Part shown: positions 18,784-27,929 of the stretch, piece by piece | How positions within the stretch are numbered: the stretch's first letter is position 1 | Layout of the letters: each line of letters begins with the position of its first letter | Source: an uncultured Flavobacteriales bacterium | Lineage (GTDB): Bacteria; Bacteroidota; Bacteroidia; Flavobacteriales; BACL11 | Direction of reading: 5' to 3' | NCBI GenBank assembly: GCA_913063045.1 | Contig: CAJXYM010000004.1 | Location: forward strand, 27,144 to 91,143 | Length of the DNA stretch: 64,000 nucleotides | Program-made: the position numbers and the translations under genes | Notes under the pieces: model-generated | What the model was told of the DNA's origin: nothing | Databases searched by the model: none | The model's input: the letters and a program-made list of their open reading frames with translations, nothing else

Positions 18784-18796
18784 GTTTTTTTTTTCA

Positions 18797-18804
18797 CAAA
18801 GATA
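18797..18804 (-). promoter_or_regulatory. Bacteroidetes -7 promoter box TATCTTTG for the M43 protease gene
   Basis: Exact TAnnTTTG match on the minus strand, 13 nt upstream of the ATG. Confidence 0.4.
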
Positions 18805-18954
18805 TGATAAAATCTCTTTTCTATTTTAATGAAATATTGAAATAATAATCATTTAAAAAGCAGATGTTTTATTTATATAGTTGTCTTTTAAGGTGATAAA
18901 TATTAGTAAGTTAAAAAAATAACAAAAAATATTGGTGCGTTACTCTTGTTTTCT

Positions 18955-18962
18955 TACTTTTG
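18955..18962 (+). promoter_or_regulatory. Bacteroidetes -7 promoter box TACTTTTG for rplU-rpmA
   Basis: Exact TAnnTTTG match. A TTG sits about 20 nt upstream (18932-18934) as a possible -33 element. An A-rich 25-nt leader precedes the ATG. Confidence 0.5.
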
Positions 18963-18987
18963 CAGACCATTTTTAAAATAAATAATA

Positions 18988-19425
18988 ATGTACGCAATCG
19001 TTGAGATAGCAGGCCAACAATTTAAAGTTGAAAAAGATCAGCAAATATTTGTACATAGATTAGACGCTAAGGAAGGATCAAAAGTTTCATTTGATAAAGT
19101 CCTTTTAATAGATAATCTAGGTAAAGTAAATGTTGGCGCCCCAGCTGTAAAAGGAGCAAGTGTAACTGCAAAAGTTATGGAGCACCTAAAAGGAGATAAA
19201 GTAATTGTCTTTAAGAAAAAAAGAAGAAAAGGTTATAAAGTTAAAAACGGTCACAGACAGTACTTAACTAAAATTGAAATCGAAGCTATTAGCTCAAGTG
19301 CAGCTCTGAAAAAGCCAAAAAAAGAAGAAGCTAAAGAAGAAGTAAAAAAAGCGCCAGCTAAGAAAGCAGTAGTTAAAAAAGCTCCTGCTAAAAAAACAGT
19401 AGTAAAAAAGAAAGCTGTTAAGTAA
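18988..19425 (+). CDS. rplU: 50S ribosomal protein L21 with a Lys/Ala-rich C-terminal extension
   Basis: N-terminus MYAIVEIAGQQFKVEKDQ is canonical bL21. 145 aa against roughly 103 for typical L21. Confidence 0.9.
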   Translation: MYAIVEIAGQQFKVEKDQQIFVHRLDAKEGSKVSFDKVLLIDNLGKVNVGAPAVKGASVTAKVMEHLKGDKVIVFKKKRRKGYKVKNGHRQYLTKIEIEAISSSAALKKPKKEEAKEEVKKAPAKKAVVKKAPAKKTVVKKKAVK

Positions 19426-19463
19426 AAAATAAAAAAAGATTAACGCAGTAAAAATATAATATT

Positions 19464-19715
19464 ATGGCACATAAAAAAGGAGCGGGTAGTAGTAAGAATG
19501 GAAGAGATTCCCAAAGTAATAGATTAGGAGTAAAGATATTTGGTAATCAAAGTGTAATTGCCGGTAATATAATTGTCCGTCAAAGAGGCACTGTTCATAA
19601 CCCAGGAGATAATGTAGGTATGGGTAAAGACCATACTTTATTTGCACTCACGGATGGCAAAGTTAAGTTTACAAAAAAGCGTAATAACAGATCTTACGTT
19701 TCAGTAGAGGTTTAA
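19464..19715 (+). CDS. rpmA: 50S ribosomal protein L27
   Basis: [24 protein letters not shown] is canonical bL27. Confidence 0.95.
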   Translation: MAHKKGAGSSKNGRDSQSNRLGVKIFGNQSVIAGNIIVRQRGTVHNPGDNVGMGKDHTLFALTDGKVKFTKKRNNRSYVSVEV

Positions 19716-19742
19716 TAAGTAAGATTATCTAAAGATTAAAAA

Positions 19743-19770
19743 ACTCTTGAGTAATCAAGGGTTTTTTTTT
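19743..19770 (+). terminator. Rho-independent terminator after rpmA
   Basis: 7-bp stem CTCTTGA/TCAAGGG (one G-U pair), loop GTAA, then a run of about 10 T. Confidence 0.6.
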
Positions 19771-19777
19771 TACTTTT
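19770..19777 (+). promoter_or_regulatory. Bacteroidetes -7 promoter box TACTTTTG for serS
   Basis: Exact TAnnTTTG match immediately after the terminator T-run, about 16 nt before the serS ATG. Coordinates are +/-1. Confidence 0.4.
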
Positions 19778-19793
19778 GTTTAAAATAAAATAG

Positions 19794-21059
19794 ATGTTAC
19801 ATATTTCAGATATTAGAGAGAATAAAGAACAAATTATTAATTTACTTCAAATTAAAAATTTTGAAGCTAAAGAATTAATTAACTCTGTAATTAGTAAAGA
19901 TGACCTTAGGAAAAAGACGCAACAGAAATCTGATGAAGTTTTAACAAAATCAAATCAGTTAGCTAAGGAAATTGGAGTATTGTATAAAACAGGAAAGCAA
20001 GCAGAAGCAAATCTTTTAAAAAATCAGTCTGCAGAACTAAAGCAAAAGTCAAAAGAACTTAATTCTTGCAAAGCCGAACTTGAGCAAGAGATTAAAAATA
20101 TTTTACTTTTAATACCTAATGTTCCTCACCCAAGTGTCCTAAAAGGTAATGCAGATATAGATAATGAAATAATAAATGAGGTCGGTGAAATGCCTATTCT
20201 TAATGATGATGCAAAGCCTCATTGGGAATTAACTGAGGACTATGATTTAGTAGATTTTAAGCTTGGAAATAAAATAACTGGCGCAGGTTTTCCTGTTTAT
20301 AAAGGAAAAGGAGCGCGACTACAAAGAGCTTTAATAACTTATTTCTTAGATAAGAATATTAGTTCTGGATATACCGAATATATGCCTCCTTTACTAGTTA
20401 ATGAAGCATCTGCTTATGGTACTGGGGCCCTACCTGATAAGGAAGGTCAGATGTATTACATGCCAGAGGATAATTTATATTTAATACCTACAGCGGAAGT
20501 TCCTGTAACAAATTTATTTAGAGATGTAATTGTTAAGGATTTTCCAATTAAATGTACAGCTTATACTCCTTGTTTTAGACGTGAGGCGGGATCTTACGGT
20601 AAGGATGTTAGAGGACTTAATAGACTACATCAATTTGATAAAGTTGAAATTGTACAAATAGAACATCCTGAAAATTCATATAAGACATTAGAAGAGATGG
20701 TAGAGCACATTTCATCTATTCTTAATGAATTGGAGCTTCCTTACAGAGTACTAAGGCTATGTGGAGGTGATTTAAGTTTTACATCTGCTTTAACATATGA
20801 TTTCGAAGTTTATTCAGCTGCTCAAGAAAAATGGTTAGAGGTAAGTTCAGTGTCAAATTTTGAGAGTTTTCAGTCAAATAGATTAAAGTTAAGATATAAA
20901 GATGAAAATGGTAAATCAAAGTTATGTCATACTCTTAATGGAAGTGCGCTGGCACTGCCTAGGGTTTTAGCAGCATTATTAGAAAATAATCAAAACAATG
21001 ATGGAATTAAAATGCCTGAAATTTTACATCCTTATTTAGGTTTTGATATTATCTCGTAA
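19794..21059 (+). CDS. serS: Seryl-tRNA synthetase
   Basis: 421 aa with an N-terminal coiled-coil arm and class II motifs (FRREAGS, GSALALPR). Confidence 0.95.
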   Translation: MLHISDIRENKEQIINLLQIKNFEAKELINSVISKDDLRKKTQQKSDEVLTKSNQLAKEIGVLYKTGKQAEANLLKNQSAELKQKSKELNSCKAELEQEIKNILLLIPNVPHPSVLKGNADIDNEIINEVGEMPILNDDAKPHWELTEDYDLVDFKLGNKITGAGFPVYKGKGARLQRALITYFLDKNISSGYTEYMPPLLVNEASAYGTGALPDKEGQMYYMPEDNLYLIPTAEVPVTNLFRDVIVKDFPIKCTAYTPCFRREAGSYGKDVRGLNRLHQFDKVEIVQIEHPENSYKTLEEMVEHISSILNELELPYRVLRLCGGDLSFTSALTYDFEVYSAAQEKWLEVSSVSNFESFQSNRLKLRYKDENGKSKLCHTLNGSALALPRVLAALLENNQNNDGIKMPEILHPYLGFDIIS

Positions 21060-21060
21060 A

Positions 21061-22866
21061 ATGCGTTTAGCTATTATTTTATTGTTTTTATCTAACCTGG
21101 CCTTTTCACAGGCTAATAAGCAGCAAATTGCTTATAAATATTATATGTCAGGGCAGTATGATAAAGCTTCTGTGATTTACAAGGAAATTGCTAAAAAAAA
21201 CCTGTCTGTAAATATATATAGTCCATATTTTTCATCATTAATAAGTTTGGAAAAATTTCTATCAGCTGAAAAGCTTGCAAAGAAAATGTTTTTAAAATAC
21301 CCTAAAAGTTTAAATTATCAAGCAGATATTATAGTCTGTCAATCAAAAAGAAATAGTTTAAAATCCTCAAAATATAATTTATCTAAACTGCATAAAAAAT
21401 TATCTGGAAATCAATCTCAAACTATTAGAGTCGCTAATATTTTTCTTAGAAATAAAATGTATAATCAAGCTATTGAGATTTATCTTACCGCTACTAAAAT
21501 TAATAATCAATTTGATTATGGGCTTCAGAAAGCACAGCTATATAGCCTAACAGGAGATGATGAGCAAATGATTATACAATATTTAGAAGTTTTAGAAATC
21601 AGACCAGATAAAAAACAAATAGTTTTTTCTAATATTCAAAAGTTTCTTTATAACAATGGTATTAAGAGTAATGAAAGTTATGATTTAGTGAAAAAAAATC
21701 TTTTGAGATATGTTAATAAACTACCTAGTAGGATTGATTTTAATGAAATGTTAGTTTGGTTTTTCATGCAAAATAAAAAATATAAACTAGCTTTATTTCA
21801 TGCTATTTCAATTGATAAAAGAACAAATGATAATTTGGGAAAAGTATATGATTTGTCAGAAAATTTTCTTGATAAAAAAAGATTTACTATTGCGCTTGAA
21901 GCATTGGATTATATTATTTCAAAAGGATCTAAAACACAATTTTATATTGATGCTAATATTAATAAATTATATGCCCTTAGTCTTAAGTATACAAATCGAC
22001 CTGCCGATTTAGAAAAATTAGATAAAAATTATCTTAATGTTATATCTAGTCTTGGTAAGAATAAGAATACAGTTGTTTTATTATCAAATTATGCTCATTT
22101 TAAAGCTTTTTATTTAAAAGACCTATTCTCCGCAAAGACAATATTAGAGGAAACGATGTTACTGCCTGGAATTGATAATTTTGATTTAGCAGAATGTAAA
22201 ATTGAGTATGCCGATGTTATGCTATTGTCAAATAATATTTGGGATGCCTTGTTGTTTTACTCTCAAGTTGAAAAAGATTTTAAAGAGCATCCTATTGGGC
22301 ATCTTGCTAAATTTAAAAGAGCTAAAATTGCTTATTATCAAGGTGATTTTTCTTGGTGTCAAGCACAATTAGATGTCTTAAAGTCATCAACTTCAAAGCT
22401 TGTTGCTAACGATGCAATGGAATTATCTCTATTAATTTCTGATAATTATGATTTAGACACCACTGAAGCTCCAATGTTAGCTTTTGCTCGAGGCGATTTG
22501 GCTTTATTTCAAAATAAATTTTTATTGTCATTAAATATTTATGATTCCATTTTACATAACTTTAATGGACATCAGCTCTCTGATGAAATTTATTATCGAA
22601 AATCTAATATATTTCAATCTTTGAGTTTGTTAGACTCTGCTGTAAATATGTTAAGTATTATTATTAATGAATATGATTATGAAATTTTAGCTGATGATGC
22701 ATTATTTGATCTGGCTAATATTTATCAATTTGATCTTTTTAATGACAAAATAGCTATGAGTTATTATGAACAACTCATTTTAAATTTTCAAGGAAGTATA
22801 TTCGCATCAGAATCAAGAGAGCGTTTTAGATTATTAAGAGGTGATAATTTAAATTTAAACGAATGA
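21061..22866 (+). CDS. Tetratricopeptide-repeat protein with a signal peptide
   Basis: The ATG at 21061 gives MRLAIILLFLSNLAFSQ (signal peptide). The body is helical-repeat rich. The track start at 21043 is a TTG inside the serS 3' end. Confidence 0.6.
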   Translation: MRLAIILLFLSNLAFSQANKQQIAYKYYMSGQYDKASVIYKEIAKKNLSVNIYSPYFSSLISLEKFLSAEKLAKKMFLKYPKSLNYQADIIVCQSKRNSLKSSKYNLSKLHKKLSGNQSQTIRVANIFLRNKMYNQAIEIYLTATKINNQFDYGLQKAQLYSLTGDDEQMIIQYLEVLEIRPDKKQIVFSNIQKFLYNNGIKSNESYDLVKKNLLRYVNKLPSRIDFNEMLVWFFMQNKKYKLALFHAISIDKRTNDNLGKVYDLSENFLDKKRFTIALEALDYIISKGSKTQFYIDANINKLYALSLKYTNRPADLEKLDKNYLNVISSLGKNKNTVVLLSNYAHFKAFYLKDLFSAKTILEETMLLPGIDNFDLAECKIEYADVMLLSNNIWDALLFYSQVEKDFKEHPIGHLAKFKRAKIAYYQGDFSWCQAQLDVLKSSTSKLVANDAMELSLLISDNYDLDTTEAPMLAFARGDLALFQNKFLLSLNIYDSILHNFNGHQLSDEIYYRKSNIFQSLSLLDSAVNMLSIIINEYDYEILADDALFDLANIYQFDLFNDKIAMSYYEQLILNFQGSIFASESRERFRLLRGDNLNLNE

Positions 22867-23171
22867 TTATCTATAATGTTACTGTAAGCATCCAACATAA
22901 TCTTTTGAAAGAATGGTTAGAATGGATGACAAATACACATATTCCAGAAGTAATGAGAACGAATCTTTTTATCTCAGCTCAATTAAAAAGAGTAATTATA
23001 AATAATGATAGCGGTTTTACCTATGCTGTAGCATATACTTGTCATTCTCTTAAAGATCTGCAGAAGTATGAGTCAACTTTTGCTGTTAATTTACAGGAAA
23101 AATATAAAACAAAATTTGGAGAAAATGCTCCATCATTTAGAACTATTATGAGTATTGAAAAAGAGTTTTAA
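22863..23171 (+). CDS. DUF4286 family protein
   Basis: 102 aa. MIIYNVTVSI...EWLEWM..HIPEVM resembles the conserved Bacteroidetes DUF4286 family, assigned from memory. Confidence 0.55.
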   Translation: MIIYNVTVSIQHNLLKEWLEWMTNTHIPEVMRTNLFISAQLKRVIINNDSGFTYAVAYTCHSLKDLQKYESTFAVNLQEKYKTKFGENAPSFRTIMSIEKEF

Positions 23172-23810
23172 TTATTTAAAAAATGGATTTTGATTTTTTT
23201 CAAAGCCAATTGTTGTTTCTGGTCCATGTCCACAATAGACTGTCGTATTGTCGCTAAGTATAAAAAGTTTCTCTCTAATACTACTAAGTAGCACTTCATG
23301 TTCTCCTCCAGGCAAATCTGTTCTTCCAATACTCCCTCTAAATAAAGCATCCCCTGAGATGATAAAATTTTCCTTTTTAGAATATAGCGCAATATGTCCC
23401 GGTGCATGTCCAGGAATAAATAGAATATTTAGTTCACTATTTCCAAATTTTATTTTTTCTCCTTCTGAAATAAATCTTTCTGGTAAGGGAGAAACCTCAT
23501 AATTGGTAAACCCATATGAGATAGCTATTTCTTTAGCATTTTTTAATAATTCTAAATCTAATTGATGAATAATTAATTTAATTTTCCATTTTTTTGCAGC
23601 ATATGAGTTGCCAAAAATATGGTCAATATGACAATGAGTATTTACTAATAAAACAGGTATTAGTTCTTGGCTAACTATAAAACTATTAAGTTCTTCTTTT
23701 TCACTTTCAAGATAGCAGCCAGGATCAATAATGACACATTCTTTAGTGTCATCATAAATAATGTATGTGTTTTCACTAAAGCCATTAAAAGTAAATTTTT
23801 TAATCTTCAT
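23172..23810 (-). CDS. MBL-fold metallo-hydrolase (glyoxalase II-like)
   Basis: HxHxDH motif THCHIDH, plus GHAPGH and a C-terminal GHG. Confidence 0.85.
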   Translation of the reverse strand: MKIKKFTFNGFSENTYIIYDDTKECVIIDPGCYLESEKEELNSFIVSQELIPVLLVNTHCHIDHIFGNSYAAKKWKIKLIIHQLDLELLKNAKEIAISYGFTNYEVSPLPERFISEGEKIKFGNSELNILFIPGHAPGHIALYSKKENFIISGDALFRGSIGRTDLPGGEHEVLLSSIREKLFILSDNTTVYCGHGPETTIGFEKNQNPFFK

Positions 23811-23824
23811 AGTTTGTTTTTTTA

Positions 23825-23832
23825 CAAATGTA
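23825..23832 (-). promoter_or_regulatory. Bacteroidetes -7 promoter box TACATTTG for the MBL hydrolase gene
   Basis: Exact TAnnTTTG match on the minus strand, 14 nt upstream of the ATG. Confidence 0.4.
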
Positions 23833-23841
23833 TAGGTTCTT

Positions 23842-23849
23842 TATATTTG
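23842..23849 (+). promoter_or_regulatory. Bacteroidetes -7 promoter box TATATTTG for the small ORF / M20 amidohydrolase transcript
   Basis: Exact TAnnTTTG match, back-to-back with the divergent box at 23825-23832. Confidence 0.4.
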
Positions 23850-23864
23850 TGATGTAACTTTTTA

Positions 23865-23990
23865 ATGACTATTATCAAAATAATATATTTGTTTATCATT
23901 TACTTTTTTGCTCTAATAACAAAATTAATTAGTTTTAAATTAGGCTTTGTTATCTTAGCCACTAAATTGATTAATATTTTTATTAAATGA
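23865..23990 (+). CDS. Candidate 41-aa hydrophobic leader/small protein
   Basis: Hand translation: MTIIKIIYLFIIYFFALITKLISFKLGFVILATKLINIFIK. The stop overlaps the ATG of the downstream gene (ATGA). May be a chance ORF within a 5' UTR. Confidence 0.2.
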   Translation: MTIIKIIYLFIIYFFALITKLISFKLGFVILATKLINIFIK

Positions 23991-25156
23991 TAGAAAAGAT
24001 TAAGTGTTTAAGTAATAATTATTTTGAAGATATAGTTGCTATTAGAAGACACTTGCATATGTATCCAGAGTTATCTTTTAATGAGCATGAAACTTCAAGG
24101 TTTATTAAGAAAACACTTAATAAATGGGGTATTTCTTTTACTGACGGCTATGTTAATACTGGAATTGTAGTTGTGCTTAAAGGAATAAATCCATCGTCAA
24201 AAGTTATTGGGCTTAGAGCAGATTTTGATGCACTTCCAATATGTGAAGAAAATAATATAGATTATAAATCTTTAAATCAAGGTGTTATGCACGCTTGTGG
24301 TCACGATGCTCATACTGCTTCTATGCTTGGTACTTTAAGAATATTAAACGAATTAAAAGAAGATTGGAGTGGTACAATAAAATTTATTTTTCAACCTGCT
24401 GAAGAACGACTTCCTGGAGGAGCACAGCAAATGATTGAAGAAGGAGTTTTAAAAGAACCTAATGTAAAAGAAATGCATGCGCAGCATGTATTGCCGGAAC
24501 TTGAAGTAGGGAAGGTAGGCTTTAGAAAGGGGATTTATATGGCATCCACTGATGAAATCTATATTGATATTTGTGGCGCAGGAGGACATGCTGCTCTCCC
24601 GAAGAACTATAATAACCCTATTATCGCATCATCTGATTTAATACTTCAATTAAATAATAATTTTTTAAAGAAAAAAAATAGTAACTCCATTTTTGCAATA
24701 GGATCTGTTTTAGCCAAGGGCTCTACAAATGTAATACCAGATACGGTAAGTTTAATGGGGACTTTTAGAGCTTTAGATCAAGAGCATCGAGATAGAGCAC
24801 ATAAAGAAATTGTAGATATTGTTGAGAATATTGAACAAGAGTATAAATTGAATATTAAATTAGATATCAGGAAAGGTTATCCTGCTCTTTATAATAATAT
24901 AGAGGTTACTCAAAAGAATATTTTAAATGCCATTAATTATATGGGAGATGATAATGTCGTTGAGTTACCTATTCGAATGACGGCAGAAGATTTCTCTTAT
25001 TTTGCAAATGAAGTTCCTTCTTGTTTTTATAGGTTAGGTGTGGGGAATATTGAAAAAGGGATTACATACGGATTACATACTTCAAAGTTTAATATAGATG
25101 AAGAATCTTTGAGAGTAGGTATGGGGTTAATGGCATATTTAGCAGTTAGTTCTTAA
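23987..25156 (+). CDS. M20D family amidohydrolase (N-acyl-L-amino acid amidohydrolase-like)
   Basis: 389 aa. RRHLHMYPELSFNEHETS, metal-ligand motif ACGHDAHT, QPAEE. Confidence 0.85.
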   Translation: MIEKIKCLSNNYFEDIVAIRRHLHMYPELSFNEHETSRFIKKTLNKWGISFTDGYVNTGIVVVLKGINPSSKVIGLRADFDALPICEENNIDYKSLNQGVMHACGHDAHTASMLGTLRILNELKEDWSGTIKFIFQPAEERLPGGAQQMIEEGVLKEPNVKEMHAQHVLPELEVGKVGFRKGIYMASTDEIYIDICGAGGHAALPKNYNNPIIASSDLILQLNNNFLKKKNSNSIFAIGSVLAKGSTNVIPDTVSLMGTFRALDQEHRDRAHKEIVDIVENIEQEYKLNIKLDIRKGYPALYNNIEVTQKNILNAINYMGDDNVVELPIRMTAEDFSYFANEVPSCFYRLGVGNIEKGITYGLHTSKFNIDEESLRVGMGLMAYLAVSS

Positions 25157-25661
25157 GTTTTTCTCCAATATCTATAAATTCTGAAGTAAATAATTCTATC
25201 CATTTAATTAAATCTTTAGAGATAATTTTATTTTTATCAAAATCTTTTCCTGTAGCAAAAACTATTCTTGGAAGTTGAATCATTTTCCATTGATTCATAC
25301 ACATTTGATTTAAATGCATAGTTGCTAAATAACTTTTCTCTCCTCCCGCACTACATACTATGCCAAAGAATTTTCCTTCAACATCTTCAAAGCAGGTGTC
25401 TAGAATTATTTTTAACGAATCACTTATAGAATAATTATGTATACCCATTCCAATAATGATATTATCAGCGTTTTTTATTTTCGAAGTTGCTTCAAGCATT
25501 GATACAGATTTAGGTAGATGGCATGGCTTTAACTCTATATTTCTAGAGTCGATTATCTCAGATTCAATTTTTTTCTTTTGCAATTCTTCATGAACTTTTT
25601 GGCACAAAAGAAATGATTTTGATTTATTAGAAAGGGAGCTTGAAATTATTATAGTTTTCAT
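25146..25661 (-). CDS. NAD(P)H-dependent FMN reductase-like flavodoxin-fold protein
   Basis: 171 aa. MKTIIISSSLSNKSKS N-terminus and an overall flavodoxin-like pattern. The start overlaps the recQ stop by 1 nt. Confidence 0.55.
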   Translation of the reverse strand: MKTIIISSSLSNKSKSFLLCQKVHEELQKKKIESEIIDSRNIELKPCHLPKSVSMLEATSKIKNADNIIIGMGIHNYSISDSLKIILDTCFEDVEGKFFGIVCSAGGEKSYLATMHLNQMCMNQWKMIQLPRIVFATGKDFDKNKIISKDLIKWIELFTSEFIDIGEKLKN

Positions 25662-27865
25662 TAATTGCCAATTTTAGATATAAAATCTATTCTTAATACT
25701 CTAATTTCGTCATCAGTGAATTCATCATCATCGAATTCACTTCTAGCTTCATCAAAAGAAAAAGTGTCAGTAGTTTTGAAGAAATCATGAATTTCATCTA
25801 ATTCTTCTGGTTCCATCATTTCATTTAAAATATGTGATAGATTAACTTTTGTTCCAGACTCTACGATTGATTCAATTTCTGTAATTAGTTCGTCGGTAGT
25901 CATAGACTTTCCTCTAGCAATATCTTCAAGAGATAGTTTTTTATCTAATGATTGAATAATATATATTTTATCATTACTCTTATTAGCGACAGTTCTAACT
26001 ACAATATCAATTGCTCTTTCAATATTGTTTTCTTCTACATATTCAGAAATAACATCTAAAAATTCTTGTCCATATTTTTTTGCTTTACCAACCCCAACTC
26101 CTTGAATCTGAGCCATCTCATCCATTGTAATTGGATACTGGTTAGCCATGTCAATTAAGGAAGCTTCCATAAATAAGATTGCTGGCGGTAATTCTTTTTC
26201 TTTAGCAATAGCTTTTCTTAGATCTTTAAGGATATTAAATAAATTTGTATCTAATGCTTGTCCTTTTTGGATAGAAGTTGATTGTTTAGAACTTAGTATA
26301 TCATAATCGTGATCTTCTGTTATACTAAATGAGTATGGATTTGCTAAGAAATCATGACCAGAGGATGTTATTTTAAGTACTCCATAAGATTCAATTTCTT
26401 TTGTTATAAGTTGCTTGACATAAACTTGACGAATTATCGAATGCCAAAACTGAATGCTTTTTTCTTTACCTTGGCCGAAAACATGACTTATTTGTCCCAT
26501 GTGCTGATTAATTAGGCTATTGCTTTCCCCAATTAAAATTTTAGCAATTTCTTTTGGCTTAAATCTTTCTTTACATTCAAGAATAGTTTGCAGCGCTAAT
26601 TTAATAAATTCTTGCCCTTCTTTAGTGGGTTTAGGGTCTTTACAGTTATCACACATCCCTTTACATTTATCAGCATCAAACTCTTCTCCAAAATAATGTA
26701 ATAGATATTTCCTTCTACAAATTGATGTTTCTGAAAAAGCAATTGTCTCCATAATTAACAATCGACCAATTTCTTGTTCAGCTACGGGTTTTCCTTGTAA
26801 GAATTTTTCAAGCTTTTCAATATCCTTATAATCGTAGAAAGTAATTAAGTCGCCTTTTCCGCCATCTCTTCCTGCTCGTCCTGTTTCTTGATAATAACCT
26901 TCTAAACTTTTGGGTATATCATGATGAATAACAAAACGAATATCAGGCTTGTCGATTCCCATTCCAAAAGCAATTGTAGCTACAATTACATCACAGTCTT
27001 CCATTAAAAATGCATCTTGATGAGCAACTCGCTTTTTTGATTCTAGGCCTGCATGATATGGTAGTGCTTTGATCCCATTTATTTGAAGTACCTCAGCAAT
27101 TTCTTCAACTTTCTTTCTGCTTAAACAATATACAATCCCAGATTCCCCTTTTCTATTGTTAATATATTTAATTAGTTGTTTGGCAATATCTAATTTTGGA
27201 CGAATTTCATAAAAAAGATTACTCCTATTAAATGAATCTAAATATAATTTAGCATTCTCAATTTTAAGATTCTTCATTATGTCTATTCGAACTTTTGGGG
27301 TAGCAGTTGCTGTAAGCGCTATAACTGGAGCATCAGCAATATTGTCCATAATAATTCTTAGTTTTCTATATTCTGGTCTAAAGTCATGTCCCCATTCTGA
27401 AATACAGTGAGCTTCATCTATAGCGAAAAAAGATATTTTGTTGTTATTAAAAAATTGAATATTTTCTTCTTTGATTAATGATTCAGGAGCTACGTAAAGT
27501 AATTTTGTTTTTCCTTCATTAATATCTAATTTTACTTGAGCAGTTTGACTTTTTGATAAAGATGAATTAAGAACATGAGCGATACTGCTATCTTCACTAT
27601 GAGCTCTAAGAGCATCAACTTGGTTTTTCATTAAAGCTATTAATGGAGAAACAACAATTGCCAGCCCATCACTTAATAGCGCTGGTAATTGATAGCACAT
27701 AGATTTCCCTCCTCCTGTTGGCATAATTACCATTGAGTCATTGCCTTTAAGAAGATGCTTAATAATTTCCTCTTGCTGGCCTCTGAACTTATTAAAGCCG
27801 AAAACTTTTTTTAAATTTTTGTGGAGGGTTTCACTATTAATTATGCTACTTGTTTTTATATCCAT
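25661..27865 (-). CDS. recQ: ATP-dependent DNA helicase RecQ
   Basis: Walker A PTGGGKS, DEAH box FAIDEAHC, Zn-binding Cys cluster (CRRKYLL...CKGMCDNC), and RQC plus HRDC regions. 734 aa. Confidence 0.95.
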   Translation of the reverse strand: MDIKTSSIINSETLHKNLKKVFGFNKFRGQQEEIIKHLLKGNDSMVIMPTGGGKSMCYQLPALLSDGLAIVVSPLIALMKNQVDALRAHSEDSSIAHVLNSSLSKSQTAQVKLDINEGKTKLLYVAPESLIKEENIQFFNNNKISFFAIDEAHCISEWGHDFRPEYRKLRIIMDNIADAPVIALTATATPKVRIDIMKNLKIENAKLYLDSFNRSNLFYEIRPKLDIAKQLIKYINNRKGESGIVYCLSRKKVEEIAEVLQINGIKALPYHAGLESKKRVAHQDAFLMEDCDVIVATIAFGMGIDKPDIRFVIHHDIPKSLEGYYQETGRAGRDGGKGDLITFYDYKDIEKLEKFLQGKPVAEQEIGRLLIMETIAFSETSICRRKYLLHYFGEEFDADKCKGMCDNCKDPKPTKEGQEFIKLALQTILECKERFKPKEIAKILIGESNSLINQHMGQISHVFGQGKEKSIQFWHSIIRQVYVKQLITKEIESYGVLKITSSGHDFLANPYSFSITEDHDYDILSSKQSTSIQKGQALDTNLFNILKDLRKAIAKEKELPPAILFMEASLIDMANQYPITMDEMAQIQGVGVGKAKKYGQEFLDVISEYVEENNIERAIDIVVRTVANKSNDKIYIIQSLDKKLSLEDIARGKSMTTDELITEIESIVESGTKVNLSHILNEMMEPEELDEIHDFFKTTDTFSFDEARSEFDDDEFTDDEIRVLRIDFISKIGN

Positions 27866-27875
27866 CTAAAAGTAA

Positions 27876-27883
27876 TACTTTTG
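27876..27883 (+). promoter_or_regulatory. Bacteroidetes -7 promoter box TACTTTTG for kdsD-tatC-lptB
   Basis: Exact TAnnTTTG match in the recQ/kdsD divergent gap, about 46 nt before the ATG. Confidence 0.4.
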
Positions 27884-27929
27884 TTATGTTTATCGTTTTA
27901 ACTATAACGAATATACCACTTATTTTGTC

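Noticed and set aside
19793-19865. While hand-translating the serS 5' end, my count of a T-run put the ATG one nt out of register with the rest of the gene, suggesting a frameshift.
   Set aside because: The supplied ORF track gives an uninterrupted 421-aa SerS from 19794. I attribute the discrepancy to my own counting of homopolymer runs, not to a real frameshift. Hand-derived coordinates in 19716-19865 may be off by 1.
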